A stretch of DNA of 59,385 bases, the filler included. It is 4 parts of 4 records of this genome, joined end to end, with 100 filler letters (N's around TTAATTAATTAA, not from the genome) between each part and the next. Parts side by side here need not be neighbours in the genome. Positions count along the whole stretch, not along the records: positions 28,906 to 53,624 come from SRR31156797_7274; 3 more parts are not named here. One strand, 5' to 3'. Below are positions 28,906 to 38,248 of this stretch, one piece after another; positions within the stretch are counted from its first letter, which is position 1; every line of letters begins with the position of its first letter. The notes beneath the pieces were generated by a model. The model was not told the origin of the DNA, searched no databases, and worked only from the letters and a program-made list of their open reading frames with translations. A program made the translations under genes and the position numbers.

Positions 28906-29952
28906 GGTATTGCCGAAACCAACGCAGCTTATGATGCAGCCATTACTTCGGCAGACCAGTATTTTGAAATTGAAGATTATGAAGCTGCAAAAGCTGAATA
29001 TGAAAAAGCTGCAGAACTGAAACCGGAGGAAACGTACCCTCAGTCCAAACTTACAGAAATCACTGCACTGCTGGCCGGTATCGCCCAAACTAACGCCGCT
29101 TATGATGCGGCCATTGCTTCTGCTGACCAGCTTTTCGAAGCAGCAGATTACGAAACCGCCAAAGCAGAATATGAAAAAGCAGCAGGGTTGAAACCGGAGG
29201 AAACCTATCCACAGGAGCGAATTTCCGAAACCAATATCAAGATTGCAGCCATTGCTGAAGAGCTGGCTCAAAAACAAAATCAATATGATGACCTGGTAAG
29301 CGCAGGTGATTTCCAGTTTGATGCCGACAACTACCAAAAAGCCAAAGCATCCTACAAAGAGGCGCTGGCACTTTTTCCTGAGGAAAGCTACCCACAGGAG
29401 AAAATTGATGAAATTGAGGATATTCTTGCAGCAGAATACGAAAAAGCCAAACAGGAATACAACAGGCTGATCAAGGAAGCCGACCGCTACTTCGGGCAAA
29501 AGATTTATGACAACGCCATAAGTTATTATATGTCGGCGGCCAAAGTACTTCCCGAAGAAACCTACCCCGAAGAGCAAATCAGGGCCATCCGGAAAACCAT
29601 CGAAGAAAACGTGGTGGTAAATGTTGTAAAGAGTCGTGAAAATATTGACAACAACGTGCTTAAACAGTTTGATTACGAACCGGTGCCCCGCGTTGGCCGG
29701 AAGGAAAGCTACATTGTTGTGAAAGCCCGGAACTTAAGCGACAGGGAATTCAGGCTGTTTTTGAATTATGGGAAAGATGGCCAGAAAAACGGTGGGTTTG
29801 TGATCAACATTCCCGAAGAGAGCGGCATTAGAGATTACATTGTGAAAGTTGGCGGGCAATACAAATGGGTCAGTGAAAACAACAACTGGATCAGTCTTCA
29901 GCCTGAAGGCGGTGATGTCGAAGTCTCATTCATCCAGATCTCGCAGGAGTAA
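28906..29952 (+). CDS. TPR-like helical repeat protein, C-terminal part (5' end missing)
   Basis: Frame open from 28906; four ~57-62 aa repeats Y...I..AD..F....Y..A...Y..A....PEE.YP, followed by a beta-rich C-terminal domain. Confidence 0.8.
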   Translation, partial: GIAETNAAYDAAITSADQYFEIEDYEAAKAEYEKAAELKPEETYPQSKLTEITALLAGIAQTNAAYDAAIASADQLFEAADYETAKAEYEKAAGLKPEETYPQERISETNIKIAAIAEELAQKQNQYDDLVSAGDFQFDADNYQKAKASYKEALALFPEESYPQEKIDEIEDILAAEYEKAKQEYNRLIKEADRYFGQKIYDNAISYYMSAAKVLPEETYPEEQIRAIRKTIEENVVVNVVKSRENIDNNVLKQFDYEPVPRVGRKESYIVVKARNLSDREFRLFLNYGKDGQKNGGFVINIPEESGIRDYIVKVGGQYKWVSENNNWISLQPEGGDVEVSFIQISQE

Positions 29953-30975
29953 TTTCCTGATACCTTCTCTATAGGGTTTGATGATACCCTTCTCCGTGAT
30001 GATACCCGTAATGTATTCAGCAGGTGTAATATCAAAGGCCGGGTTGATCGCCTCTGAGCCGGGAGATGCTGTACGAATTTTTTGGACTTGACCGGATTGA
30101 TCAGGGCCGGACTGATATAGCACCTCATCCTGTGAACGTTCCTCGATTACAATTTCTTTTCCTGATTCGCATTCCATATCAATTGTTGAAGTAGGCGCAG
30201 CAATATAAAAAGGAATTCCAAAAGTTTTGGCTACAATGGCTTTTTCAAATGTTCCGATTTTATTGGCCGTGTCGCCATTGGCAGCAATCCGGTCAGCACC
30301 AACGATCATCATATCCGTTTTGCCCTGTGACATCAGCCATGCTCCGGCAGTATCCGGAAGAATTTTATGCGGCACACCTTCATTTCTGAGTTCCCAGGCT
30401 GTGAGCCGGGCGCCCTGGCCCCGCGGACGGGTTTCATCTACCCAAACAAAAATATCTTTTCCGGCCTGGTGTGCTTTGTAAATGGGCGACAGCGCTGTAC
30501 CAAAATCCACAAACGCCAGCCAGCCGGCATTGCAGTGGGTTTGAATGCAGTAACCCTTTTTGATGAGTTCATTCCCAAAATCACCAATCGCTTGCGAATC
30601 AGCTGCATCTTTATCTGCGATAGAGTTGGCTTCCATCACGGCATTTAAAACGGACTTTTTCCCGGCCTCAAATACGCGCCGCGTTGCATAAAACAGGTTT
30701 TGAGCTGTAGGCCTTGTGGAATCAATTTCAGCTTTGGCTCTTTTAACATACCTGGGATCATCAGATTCAAGGAATGCCTGTGCCATGGCAAAGCCGGCCG
30801 CAGCGCCAATTGCACCGGCACCACGAACGATCATGGTTTTAATAGCCATGCAGGTTTCTTTGTAACTTTTGGCCTCGAAAATCCTGAACTCAAAAGGCAG
30901 CAGGTTTTGTTCGATCATAAACACCGAACTGCCCTCCATCCAAACCGTGCGATATTCCTTGCCGTTGACTTTCAT
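29926..30975 (-). CDS. mtnA: S-methyl-5-thioribose-1-phosphate isomerase
   Basis: MIVRGAGAIG, TRPTA.NL, THCNAGWLA, DETRPRGQGARLTAWEL, GADRIAANGDTANKIGT, NPAFDITP; start placed at MKVNGKEYRT. Confidence 0.93.
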   Translation of the reverse strand: MKVNGKEYRTVWMEGSSVFMIEQNLLPFEFRIFEAKSYKETCMAIKTMIVRGAGAIGAAAGFAMAQAFLESDDPRYVKRAKAEIDSTRPTAQNLFYATRRVFEAGKKSVLNAVMEANSIADKDAADSQAIGDFGNELIKKGYCIQTHCNAGWLAFVDFGTALSPIYKAHQAGKDIFVWVDETRPRGQGARLTAWELRNEGVPHKILPDTAGAWLMSQGKTDMMIVGADRIAANGDTANKIGTFEKAIVAKTFGIPFYIAAPTSTIDMECESGKEIVIEERSQDEVLYQSGPDQSGQVQKIRTASPGSEAINPAFDITPAEYITGIITEKGIIKPYREGIRKLLLRDLDE

Positions 30976-30999
30976 GTGGGTTAGATGTTGATATTTATT

Positions 31000-31085
31000 T
31001 TTCAACGTTTCAATGCCCTCGTGCCTCGGACGATTGAAAGTTTCACGCGACTTTGGATAGTCCGTAGGACATCGAAACGTCAAAA
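31000..31085 (-). ncRNA. Structured 5' leader of mtnA, candidate cis-regulatory RNA
   Basis: 20-bp helix UUUUGACGUUUCGAUGUCCU/AGGGCAUUGAAACGUUGAAA enclosing CGGAC/GUCCG and AAAGU/ACUUU stems. Confidence 0.5.
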
Positions 31086-31116
31086 TGTTATAAAACACTA
31101 AGCAATGTTTACCCGA

Positions 31117-31124
31117 CAAATATA
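31117..31124 (-). promoter_or_regulatory. Bacteroidota housekeeping -7 promoter element for mtnA
   Basis: TATATTTG on the minus strand matches TAnnTTTG. Confidence 0.55.
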
Positions 31125-31241
31125 AAGTTGTTAGTAACCCTGGCTCTTGCATCAGTTATTCAGCTGCTACCTTCATCCATTCCAGGCCCGGGCACAATCC
31201 AACCAATTAACAAATAATGTATTAGCCGATAACCCTCCCCC

Positions 31242-31766
31242 CTACCATTTATAGGCGTGGTTATTCAGCCACTTGCCCTGCACTTTCATCACCTGTTCAA
31301 TAATGTCGCGTACACAACCATCACCGCCTTTCATGTGCGAGATATAATTGGAAATGGCTTTAATCTCTTCAGCAGCATCAGCAGGGCAAACTGCCACACC
31401 CACCTCTTTCATAATTTCAAGGTCGGGGATATCATCACCCATGTATAAAACCTGTTCTCTTTTCAGATCATATTTCCGGATATAGTCAGTGTAGACATGG
31501 ATCTTGTGATCAACTTTTATAAACACATCCATAATGCCAAGCCCGTTCATGCGTTTAACCACAGTATTGGAAGTACCCCCTGAAATCACCACAATGCGGT
31601 ATCCGTTTTTCCGGGCCAGTTGAAGTGCATAGCCATCCTTTACGTTGGCAGTCCGCAATTGTTCCCCGTTTTCGGTGATGAGTATTTTACCATCGGTAAA
31701 AACACCGTCATAGTCGAAAATGAGTGTCGTTATTTTTTTGAGCAGCTCTTTATAATTTTTTACCAT
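31242..31766 (-). CDS. kdsC: KDO-8-phosphate phosphatase (HAD IIIA)
   Basis: FDYDGVFTDG, NVKDGYA, YMGDDIPD, PADA, GG.GCVRDIIE. Confidence 0.9.
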   Translation of the reverse strand: MVKNYKELLKKITTLIFDYDGVFTDGKILITENGEQLRTANVKDGYALQLARKNGYRIVVISGGTSNTVVKRMNGLGIMDVFIKVDHKIHVYTDYIRKYDLKREQVLYMGDDIPDLEIMKEVGVAVCPADAAEEIKAISNYISHMKGGDGCVRDIIEQVMKVQGKWLNNHAYKW

Positions 31767-31780
31767 ATGCTATTTTTCAA

Positions 31781-32572
31781 TTAGTGATCTCTTTCAGGTG
31801 ACTTAAAGTGTTCTGAAATATACCTGCTGATCTGCCTGTAAACCTCCTTTTTCTCCGGGTGGTTTTCCAGGATTTTTAAATGCTTTTCCATGACCTGAAG
31901 ATCACCACGGCGGGCAGGCCCGGTTTGGGCAGCATCCGGCAAGGTAAAATTTACTTTATGCGCTGTTTCGCGAATCAGCGGTAATAGAATATCAAATGAC
32001 ACACCGGCATTTTGTAAAATATCCTCACCCATCAGGTACATAAAATTGGTGAAGTTACTCACAAAAACAGCGGCGATGTGAATCAACAGACGCTGATCAG
32101 AATTTACCAACCTGACATCATTCGATATTTCCCGGGCAAGGCCAAACAGCGCAGATTCCAGTTCTTTTGTCGAAGCCTCGACACAAATCGGAATATCAGT
32201 AAAATCAACCTGCTTGTTTTTTACGAAAGTTTGTAAAGGGTAAAAAACCCCATACCTGGATGAAGCATCCTTAAGTGCTTCGACAGGTACTGATCCAGAA
32301 GTATGTACAACCGATTTATCCCCCAGCTTTAGCTCCTGAACAATTTTTCCGATGGCGTCGTCTACCACAGAAATAATGTACATATCTGCATTAAGCTGTA
32401 GTTGATTGATTTCAGAGATGGGAGTTGCATCTATTTTCTCTGCCAATTCCCGGGCGTGATCATGGTTAGGGCTGTAAACCTGCGTGATGGTTTTCCCTTT
32501 TTCAAACAGCCTGAGTCCAAGCTGAGTGGCAACCCTGCCCGATCCGATAAATACTATTTTTTGAAATGGCAT
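31781..32572 (-). CDS. Rossmann-like/DUF2520 oxidoreductase
   Basis: IGSGRVA, VHTSGS, GVFYPLQTF, HIAAVFVSNF.N, AQTGPARRGD. Confidence 0.9.
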   Translation of the reverse strand: MPFQKIVFIGSGRVATQLGLRLFEKGKTITQVYSPNHDHARELAEKIDATPISEINQLQLNADMYIISVVDDAIGKIVQELKLGDKSVVHTSGSVPVEALKDASSRYGVFYPLQTFVKNKQVDFTDIPICVEASTKELESALFGLAREISNDVRLVNSDQRLLIHIAAVFVSNFTNFMYLMGEDILQNAGVSFDILLPLIRETAHKVNFTLPDAAQTGPARRGDLQVMEKHLKILENHPEKKEVYRQISRYISEHFKSPERDH

Positions 32573-33234
32573 TATCGTGAAGGATTGATAGATTTTAGCA
32601 GGCTAATGGTCTTTTCCGGATCTTCTGATCCAAAAACAGTGTTCCCGGTTACCAAAACATTTGCGCCGGCATCAAGCAGTCGGGGTGCATTTTCCAGGGC
32701 TACGCCACCATCAACTTCGATGAGGGTTTTCAGCGCACGCTTCTCTATCATATTCCGGAGTTTGGCAATTTTATGATAGCTGTTTTCGATGAACTTTTGT
32801 CCGCCATATCCCGGGTTGACGGTCATAATAAGCACCATATCCAAATCCTGCAAAATATCTTCGAGCAGATCAACGCTGGTATGCGGATTCAGAGAGACAC
32901 CGGCTTTCATGCCTAAGTCTTTAATAGCCTGGATGCTGCGATGAAGATGTGGACTTGCTTCGATATGGATGGTTAGATTATCTGCTCCGGCTTTTTTAAA
33001 TGCCTCAAAATATCGCTCCGGCTGAACAATCATCAGGTGGACATCCAGCGGTTTTGTAGCCACTTTTTTCACAAATTTCAATACCGGAAAGCCAAAGGAG
33101 ATATTTGGGACAAAAACGCCATCCATCACATCCACATGAATCCAGTCGGCATCACTATGGTTAAGCATTTCGATGTCGGATTGCAGGTTGCCGAAATCGG
33201 CGGATAAAATGGAAGGAGCTACAATTGGGTTCAT
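32572..33234 (-). CDS. rpe: Ribulose-phosphate 3-epimerase
   Basis: APSILSADF, HVDVMDGVFVPNISFG, DVHLMI, MTVNPGYGGQ, EVDGG; start placed at MNPIV. Confidence 0.96.
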   Translation of the reverse strand: MNPIVAPSILSADFGNLQSDIEMLNHSDADWIHVDVMDGVFVPNISFGFPVLKFVKKVATKPLDVHLMIVQPERYFEAFKKAGADNLTIHIEASPHLHRSIQAIKDLGMKAGVSLNPHTSVDLLEDILQDLDMVLIMTVNPGYGGQKFIENSYHKIAKLRNMIEKRALKTLIEVDGGVALENAPRLLDAGANVLVTGNTVFGSEDPEKTISLLKSINPSR

Positions 33235-33256
33235 ACGCAGAATTTTGCACAAAAGT

Positions 33257-33288
33257 AAAAAAAGCCACACATTGCTGCGTGGCTTTTT
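33257..33288 (-). terminator. pnp terminator, overlapping a TACTTTTG -7 element for rpe (33250-33257)
   Basis: AAAAAGCCAC...GTGGCTTTTT hairpin with a U tract on the minus strand. Confidence 0.85.
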
Positions 33289-33311
33289 CGATATCATTAA
33301 AATCTTATGGA

Positions 33312-35585
33312 TTAGTCTCTGTCGGGACGGCGGAAAGGCCTGTTGCCTCCGCGGTCGCCACGGTCGCGGTTATCACGGCGACGATCGCCACCACCTCGGC
33401 GGTCACCACCTCTGTCGCGGTTGTCGCGGTTGTCGCGGCGCGGTGGACGGTCGACATAACCTTCGGGCTTCGGCAATAATGCCCTGCGCGAAAGTTTCAT
33501 CTTACCGGTTTTCGGATCAACATCTATCAGTTTCACTTCAACTTCTTCGCCGGCTTTCACCACATCTTCAACTTCTTTGGTGTTGGCCCACTCCAGTTCT
33601 GAAATGTGTAACAACCCTTCCTTACCCGGCATGATCTCTACAAAGGCACCAAAAGCGGTAACACTTTTAATTTTTCCTTTGTAAATCTCGCCAACTTCGG
33701 GAATGGCAATGATGGCGTTTATCTTGGCCTTCACAGCTTCAATGGAACTCTTGTTTACAGCTACAATATCAACGATTCCTTCCTCGCCTACCTCTTCAAT
33801 CACGATGGTTGATTCGGTTTCGGCCTGCATATCCTGTATGATTTTTCCACCAGGTCCAATAATGGCACCTATGAATTCTTTGGGAACACGCATTTGCACA
33901 ATTCTCGGTACATGTTCTTTGTATTCTTCACGTGGTTCTGTAATGGTCTCGGCCATTTTGTCGAGGATGTGCATTCTGCCTCTGCGGGCCTGATCCAGTG
34001 CTTCCTCCAGAATCTGGTATGCAAGACCATCTACTTTGATATCCATCTGGCATGCGGTGATACCATCGCGGGTTCCGGTAACTTTAAAGTCCATGTCACC
34101 CAGGTGGTCTTCATCTCCCAAAATATCCGAAAGTACAGCGTAGTTGCTGCCATCTTTTTCAGTAATCAAACCCATGGCAATACCTGAAACAGGCTTGGCA
34201 ATTTTAACACCTGCATCCATCAACGCCAAACAACCACCACAAACTGATGCCATGGATGAAGAGCCATTTGATTCGAGAATATCAGAAACAACACGCACAG
34301 TGTAAGGATTCTGCTCGCCATTAGGCATCACTTGTTTAAGTGCCCGTAGTGCCAGATTTCCGTGGCCAACCTCACGACGGCTTGTGCCACGATTTGGACG
34401 TGCCTCACCGGTTGAGAATGACGGGAAGTTATAGTGCAGGATGAAGTTATTTTTACCTTCGAACACTGCACCATCAATCACCTGCTCGTCAAGTTTTGAG
34501 CCCAGTGTTACGGTAACCAGTGATTGTGTTTCGCCGCGGGTAAAGATGGCTGAACCATGCGCTGAAGGCAGGTAATCCACCTCTGTCCATATCGGACGAA
34601 TCTCATCCAAATCACGGGTATCGATACGCTTACGCTCGGTCAATACAAAATTCCTTATGGCCTCTTTTTCAACATCATGAAAATAACGTTTGACCAGTGG
34701 TGCTTTATCTTCGGCTTCCGCTTCGTCGAGTGTTTCGATGAATTCGTTTTTAATTTGATCGAACAACTCATAACGCTCCTGCTTGGCAGTACCTTTTTTG
34801 GCTATCTCATAAATTTTGTCGTAGCAGAAATTATGAAGGCTTTTCTTGAGTTCTTCGTCATTTCTTTCGTGATCATATTCACGTTTGGTCAACGCCTTTT
34901 CAACTTTCGCTGCCAATGACTTTTGCATTCTGCATTGCTCTTTGATCACTTCGTGGGCACGTTTGAGGGCTTCGAGCATATCTGCTTCTGATACTTCTTT
35001 CATCTCGCCTTCCACCATCATGATGTTTTCTTCGGTGGCGGCAACCATGATGTCGATATCGGCTTTCTCAAGCAAGTCAATGGTTGGGTTCACAACAAGT
35101 TCACCATCAATACGTCCCACCCTCACTTCTGAGATCGGGCCATTAAATGGAATATCAGAAACTGCAAGTGCTGCAGAAGCTGCAAGAGCCGCCAGGGCAT
35201 CGGGAGCAACATTTCTTTCACCTGAAATCAGGGAAATCTGAACCTGTGTTTCGGCGTGGTAATCATCCGGAAATAGCGGACGAAGCGCGCGGTCCACAAG
35301 GCGGGCAATTAAAATTTCATATTCTGAAGGACGGGCTTCACGCTTGAAGAAACCGCCAGGAAAACGGCCTGTTGAGGCATATTTTTCCTGGTATTCAACG
35401 GTAAGGGGCATAAAATCTACATCTTCTTTTGCCTCCTTGTTCGACACAACTGTTGCAAGCAGCATGGTACCACCCTGCTTTACCACGACAGCACCATCGG
35501 CCTGACGCGCCAGTTTGCCGGTTTCGATGGTAATCTCATTACCATCCGGCATTACAAACTTTTCTGTAATTGCATTTACATTCAT
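33312..35585 (-). CDS. pnp: Polyribonucleotide nucleotidyltransferase (PNPase)
   Basis: [44 protein letters not shown] (IIGPGGK) and S1 domains. Confidence 0.98.
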   Translation of the reverse strand: MNVNAITEKFVMPDGNEITIETGKLARQADGAVVVKQGGTMLLATVVSNKEAKEDVDFMPLTVEYQEKYASTGRFPGGFFKREARPSEYEILIARLVDRALRPLFPDDYHAETQVQISLISGERNVAPDALAALAASAALAVSDIPFNGPISEVRVGRIDGELVVNPTIDLLEKADIDIMVAATEENIMMVEGEMKEVSEADMLEALKRAHEVIKEQCRMQKSLAAKVEKALTKREYDHERNDEELKKSLHNFCYDKIYEIAKKGTAKQERYELFDQIKNEFIETLDEAEAEDKAPLVKRYFHDVEKEAIRNFVLTERKRIDTRDLDEIRPIWTEVDYLPSAHGSAIFTRGETQSLVTVTLGSKLDEQVIDGAVFEGKNNFILHYNFPSFSTGEARPNRGTSRREVGHGNLALRALKQVMPNGEQNPYTVRVVSDILESNGSSSMASVCGGCLALMDAGVKIAKPVSGIAMGLITEKDGSNYAVLSDILGDEDHLGDMDFKVTGTRDGITACQMDIKVDGLAYQILEEALDQARRGRMHILDKMAETITEPREEYKEHVPRIVQMRVPKEFIGAIIGPGGKIIQDMQAETESTIVIEEVGEEGIVDIVAVNKSSIEAVKAKINAIIAIPEVGEIYKGKIKSVTAFGAFVEIMPGKEGLLHISELEWANTKEVEDVVKAGEEVEVKLIDVDPKTGKMKLSRRALLPKPEGYVDRPPRRDNRDNRDRGGDRRGGGDRRRDNRDRGDRGGNRPFRRPDRD

Positions 35586-35619
35586 CTTATTCTTCTTTCT
35601 TTTATCAACTAAAACATAC

Positions 35620-35654
35620 GAAAAAAGGCAATTTGCGAATAATTGCCTTTTTTC
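35620..35654 (-). terminator. rpsO terminator/attenuator ahead of pnp
   Basis: GAAAAAAGGCAATT-7 nt-AATTGCCTTTTTTC. Confidence 0.85.
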
Positions 35655-35681
35655 ATATCATCAAACTGTTATTTTATTATT

Positions 35682-35951
35682 TTATTTTCTGAGACCGAGC
35701 TCCTTAATAATAGCCCTGTATCTCTCAATGTCATTCTTCTTGAGGTAGTCAAGCAGCCTTCTGCGTTTACCAACCAAACGCACGAGTGAGCGGCGGGTAA
35801 AGTTATCTTTTTTGTTACTCTTTAAATGTTCGGTGAGGTGCTTAATGCGGTGGGTAAACAGCGCCACCTGACCTTCCGGTGAACCAGTATCGGCTTCAGA
35901 TTTTCCGTATTTCTTGAAAATTTCCTTTGTGGTTTCTAATGTTAAGTGCAT
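35682..35951 (-). CDS. rpsO: 30S ribosomal protein S15
   Basis: [21 protein letters not shown]...KKD...RRSL...[11 protein letters not shown]; adjacent to pnp. Confidence 0.98.
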   Translation of the reverse strand: MHLTLETTKEIFKKYGKSEADTGSPEGQVALFTHRIKHLTEHLKSNKKDNFTRRSLVRLVGKRRRLLDYLKKNDIERYRAIIKELGLRK

Positions 35952-35989
35952 GCTTATCTGTTGTTTAAATACTTTTCTAAAATGGTGCG

Positions 35990-36020
35990 CAAAGATATAC
36001 CAAGTTTTTCTTCTGACAAA
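35990..36020 (-). promoter_or_regulatory. Bacteroidota housekeeping promoter of rpsO
   Basis: TTTG-N19-TATCTTTG on the minus strand, matching the -33/-7 consensus. Confidence 0.75.
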
Positions 36021-36044
36021 ATATTTTTTGAACTGTTTCTTACC

Positions 36045-38051
36045 TTATCTTTTCTCCTTCACCAAACCCTTACGGAAAGCGGCAAGCAGCATCTCCAAAT
36101 CCCTGATCTGCTGCCGTAATTGTTTGCCACTATCGGTGCCCTCTACAGTTTTTCGTTGCGGGTTTTGAGCCAGGTAGGTGATATTGGATAAAATGTCCTT
36201 TTCCTCCTCGATGATATGTGTGGTGGATTTAAACTCTTCGTGCGCTACAAGTACCAATCCGTAGGAATTGTAAATGAGCGTATAACCTGTGATCCCGGTA
36301 ACTTTTTGATAAGCTTTCGACATGCCACCGTCGATCACCAGTAATTTTCCGTTGGCCTTGATTGGGCTCTCCCCTTTCTTTACCTTAACCGGTACATGGC
36401 CATTGATCAGGTGTGCATGGGCAGGATTCAGATTGAATTCACGGAGGATTTGATCCAGGATTTCCTCATTATTATTGAGTTTGAAATAGGCATTTTTCTC
36501 CTCTTTATGGGTTTCCTTTTCGTCAATAAAATATCTTTCGAAGGTTGCCATTTTGGTTTTTCCAAAGAGCGGAGATTTGGGCCCGCACCACAGGTACCAC
36601 ATCAAATCCCGGGATGTGGTGTCCATCTCCTTATCATTCCTGGTAAAATATGCTTTGCGCGAAGCAACATCAAATTTATCCACCAGCGATATCCCCGAAA
36701 GTTCTTCCTTTCCAACGTTCATTTTCATGAAACTCCCGTCATCGTTGAGCGGCACACAACCATGTAGCAACAGGTTTTCGTTATATCTGAGATACATACT
36801 ACCCTTGGCATAAAGGAATTTTACGTGTTTCTTCAACCTTTCACTTTGCATGAACGAGGTCTTGAGTTTCTCCATCACTTCATGCTCCTCTTCGGTAAGT
36901 TGGTATGGGTTTTTTGGGTCGATGGTCGGAAAATGGGTGTCTTTCAAATTGTACACATTTCCATCGATCTTTATGGTTCCTTTTTCAAAGTTGATGAGAT
37001 GAAGCAGGTTACGGTCGTCCATGTTGAAATGCGGATTGCGGTTGATGATTTCCGCTTCCAGCTTAAACTGGATGATTGATATGGCTTTTTGCATCTTACT
37101 CACCATCAGCACCTGTTTGTTGTTGATGTTCGAGTCATCTGACATCTTTGGCCTGAAAAACTCAGCCGGATCATCCTTATACACCTCCATGGCAAAAGCA
37201 GCCAGTGGCATCAGGCTGATGCCATAGCCATCTTCAATGGTATCGAGGTTCATGTAGCGCGACGAAATTCTAACCAGGCTCGCAATCAATGCCCTTATTC
37301 CTGCTGCACTGCCCATCCAAATAATATCGTGATTTCCCCATTGCACATCCACAGCATGGTACTCCACAAGTTTATCCATCACTTTTTCAGGATTAGGGCC
37401 ACGGTCAAAAATATCACCCACCACATGCAGCCTGTCGATAGCCAACCGCTGGATGAGTTTGCAAATGGCGATGATAAATTCTCGGGCACGCTCAATGCGG
37501 ATGATGGTTTGAATGATGCCTTCGAAATATTGTGCTTTATTTTGGGATGTTGGGCTTTCGTGTAAAAGCTCCTCGATAATGTACGAAAAATCCTGTGGCA
37601 ACGCCTTTCGCACCTTCGACCTGGTATATTTTGAAGCAGTTGCTCTTGTAACTGAAATCAGCCTCTGAAGCGTAACAGCATACCACTCTTCGATGTTTTT
37701 TTCACGTTTTTCGATCAGGGCGAGTTTTTCCTCAGGGTAGTAAATCAATGTAGCCAGTTCGTCCTTTACAAATTTGCGAATGGTATTTTTAAACACGTCT
37801 TCAATTTTCGATCTGATTACACCAGACCCGTTTCTCAGCACGTGGCTAAATATCTCATATTCACCATGAATATCCGAAAGAAAATGCTCTGTACCCTTGG
37901 GAAGTTTCAGAATCGCCTCCAGGTTGATGATTTCGCTACTTGCAGACTGGACTGTCGGAAATTGTCGTGCCAAAAGGTTGAGATACTTTATTTCTTTCCC
38001 AATTTCTTCGTTGGTAAATTTCTGGTCAACAGGTTCTATATTCGTTGTCAT
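36045..38051 (-). CDS. fbp: Fructose-1,6-bisphosphatase class III (Firmicute type)
   Basis: LPKGTEHFLSDIHGEY, VGDIFDRGP, QWGNHD, LHGCVP, NGHVPVK..KGESP, IDGG.SKAY. Confidence 0.95.
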   Translation of the reverse strand: MTTNIEPVDQKFTNEEIGKEIKYLNLLARQFPTVQSASSEIINLEAILKLPKGTEHFLSDIHGEYEIFSHVLRNGSGVIRSKIEDVFKNTIRKFVKDELATLIYYPEEKLALIEKREKNIEEWYAVTLQRLISVTRATASKYTRSKVRKALPQDFSYIIEELLHESPTSQNKAQYFEGIIQTIIRIERAREFIIAICKLIQRLAIDRLHVVGDIFDRGPNPEKVMDKLVEYHAVDVQWGNHDIIWMGSAAGIRALIASLVRISSRYMNLDTIEDGYGISLMPLAAFAMEVYKDDPAEFFRPKMSDDSNINNKQVLMVSKMQKAISIIQFKLEAEIINRNPHFNMDDRNLLHLINFEKGTIKIDGNVYNLKDTHFPTIDPKNPYQLTEEEHEVMEKLKTSFMQSERLKKHVKFLYAKGSMYLRYNENLLLHGCVPLNDDGSFMKMNVGKEELSGISLVDKFDVASRKAYFTRNDKEMDTTSRDLMWYLWCGPKSPLFGKTKMATFERYFIDEKETHKEEKNAYFKLNNNEEILDQILREFNLNPAHAHLINGHVPVKVKKGESPIKANGKLLVIDGGMSKAYQKVTGITGYTLIYNSYGLVLVAHEEFKSTTHIIEEEKDILSNITYLAQNPQRKTVEGTDSGKQLRQQIRDLEMLLAAFRKGLVKEKR

Positions 38052-38248
38052 ATGGAATGTTAATTTCTAATTTTCAAAGCGTTTGCAAAAGTAGAATTTC
38101 AATTCGGCTGCATGATTTACGCCTTCTTAAGAAATGTTAACCCGGGATGTAAAAAGGTGTATGCTGCTGATGTGTAGAAATTAGTTGTAGTTGTCCAGAA
38201 ATTATATGTACTTTGCCGCATATTTAAAATCCAACTACCTGGACTTAC

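Noticed and set aside
28858..29577. 239-aa hydrophobic, Cys/Phe-rich minus-strand ORF
   Set aside because: Antisense shadow of the Glu/Lys/Ala-rich TPR-like gene.
31017..31045. PyrR-binding-loop resemblance (CUUUCAAUCGUCCGAGGC) in the mtnA leader
   Set aside because: It lacks the conserved NGNGAGG loop spacing, and the downstream gene is not a pyr gene.
30976..31152. 59-aa N-terminal extension of MtnA in the ORF track
   Set aside because: MtnA-like sequence begins at MKVNGK. The extension spans the promoter element and the structured leader.
33235..33297. N-terminal extension of Rpe
   Set aside because: It overlaps the pnp terminator and the rpe -7 element. The family N-terminus starts at MNPIVAPS.
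38185..38245. GTAGTTG/CAACTAC and GTCCAG/CTGGAC complementarities before the orphan kinase
   Set aside because: The pairings are short with implausible pseudoknot geometry, and the promoter probably lies between them.
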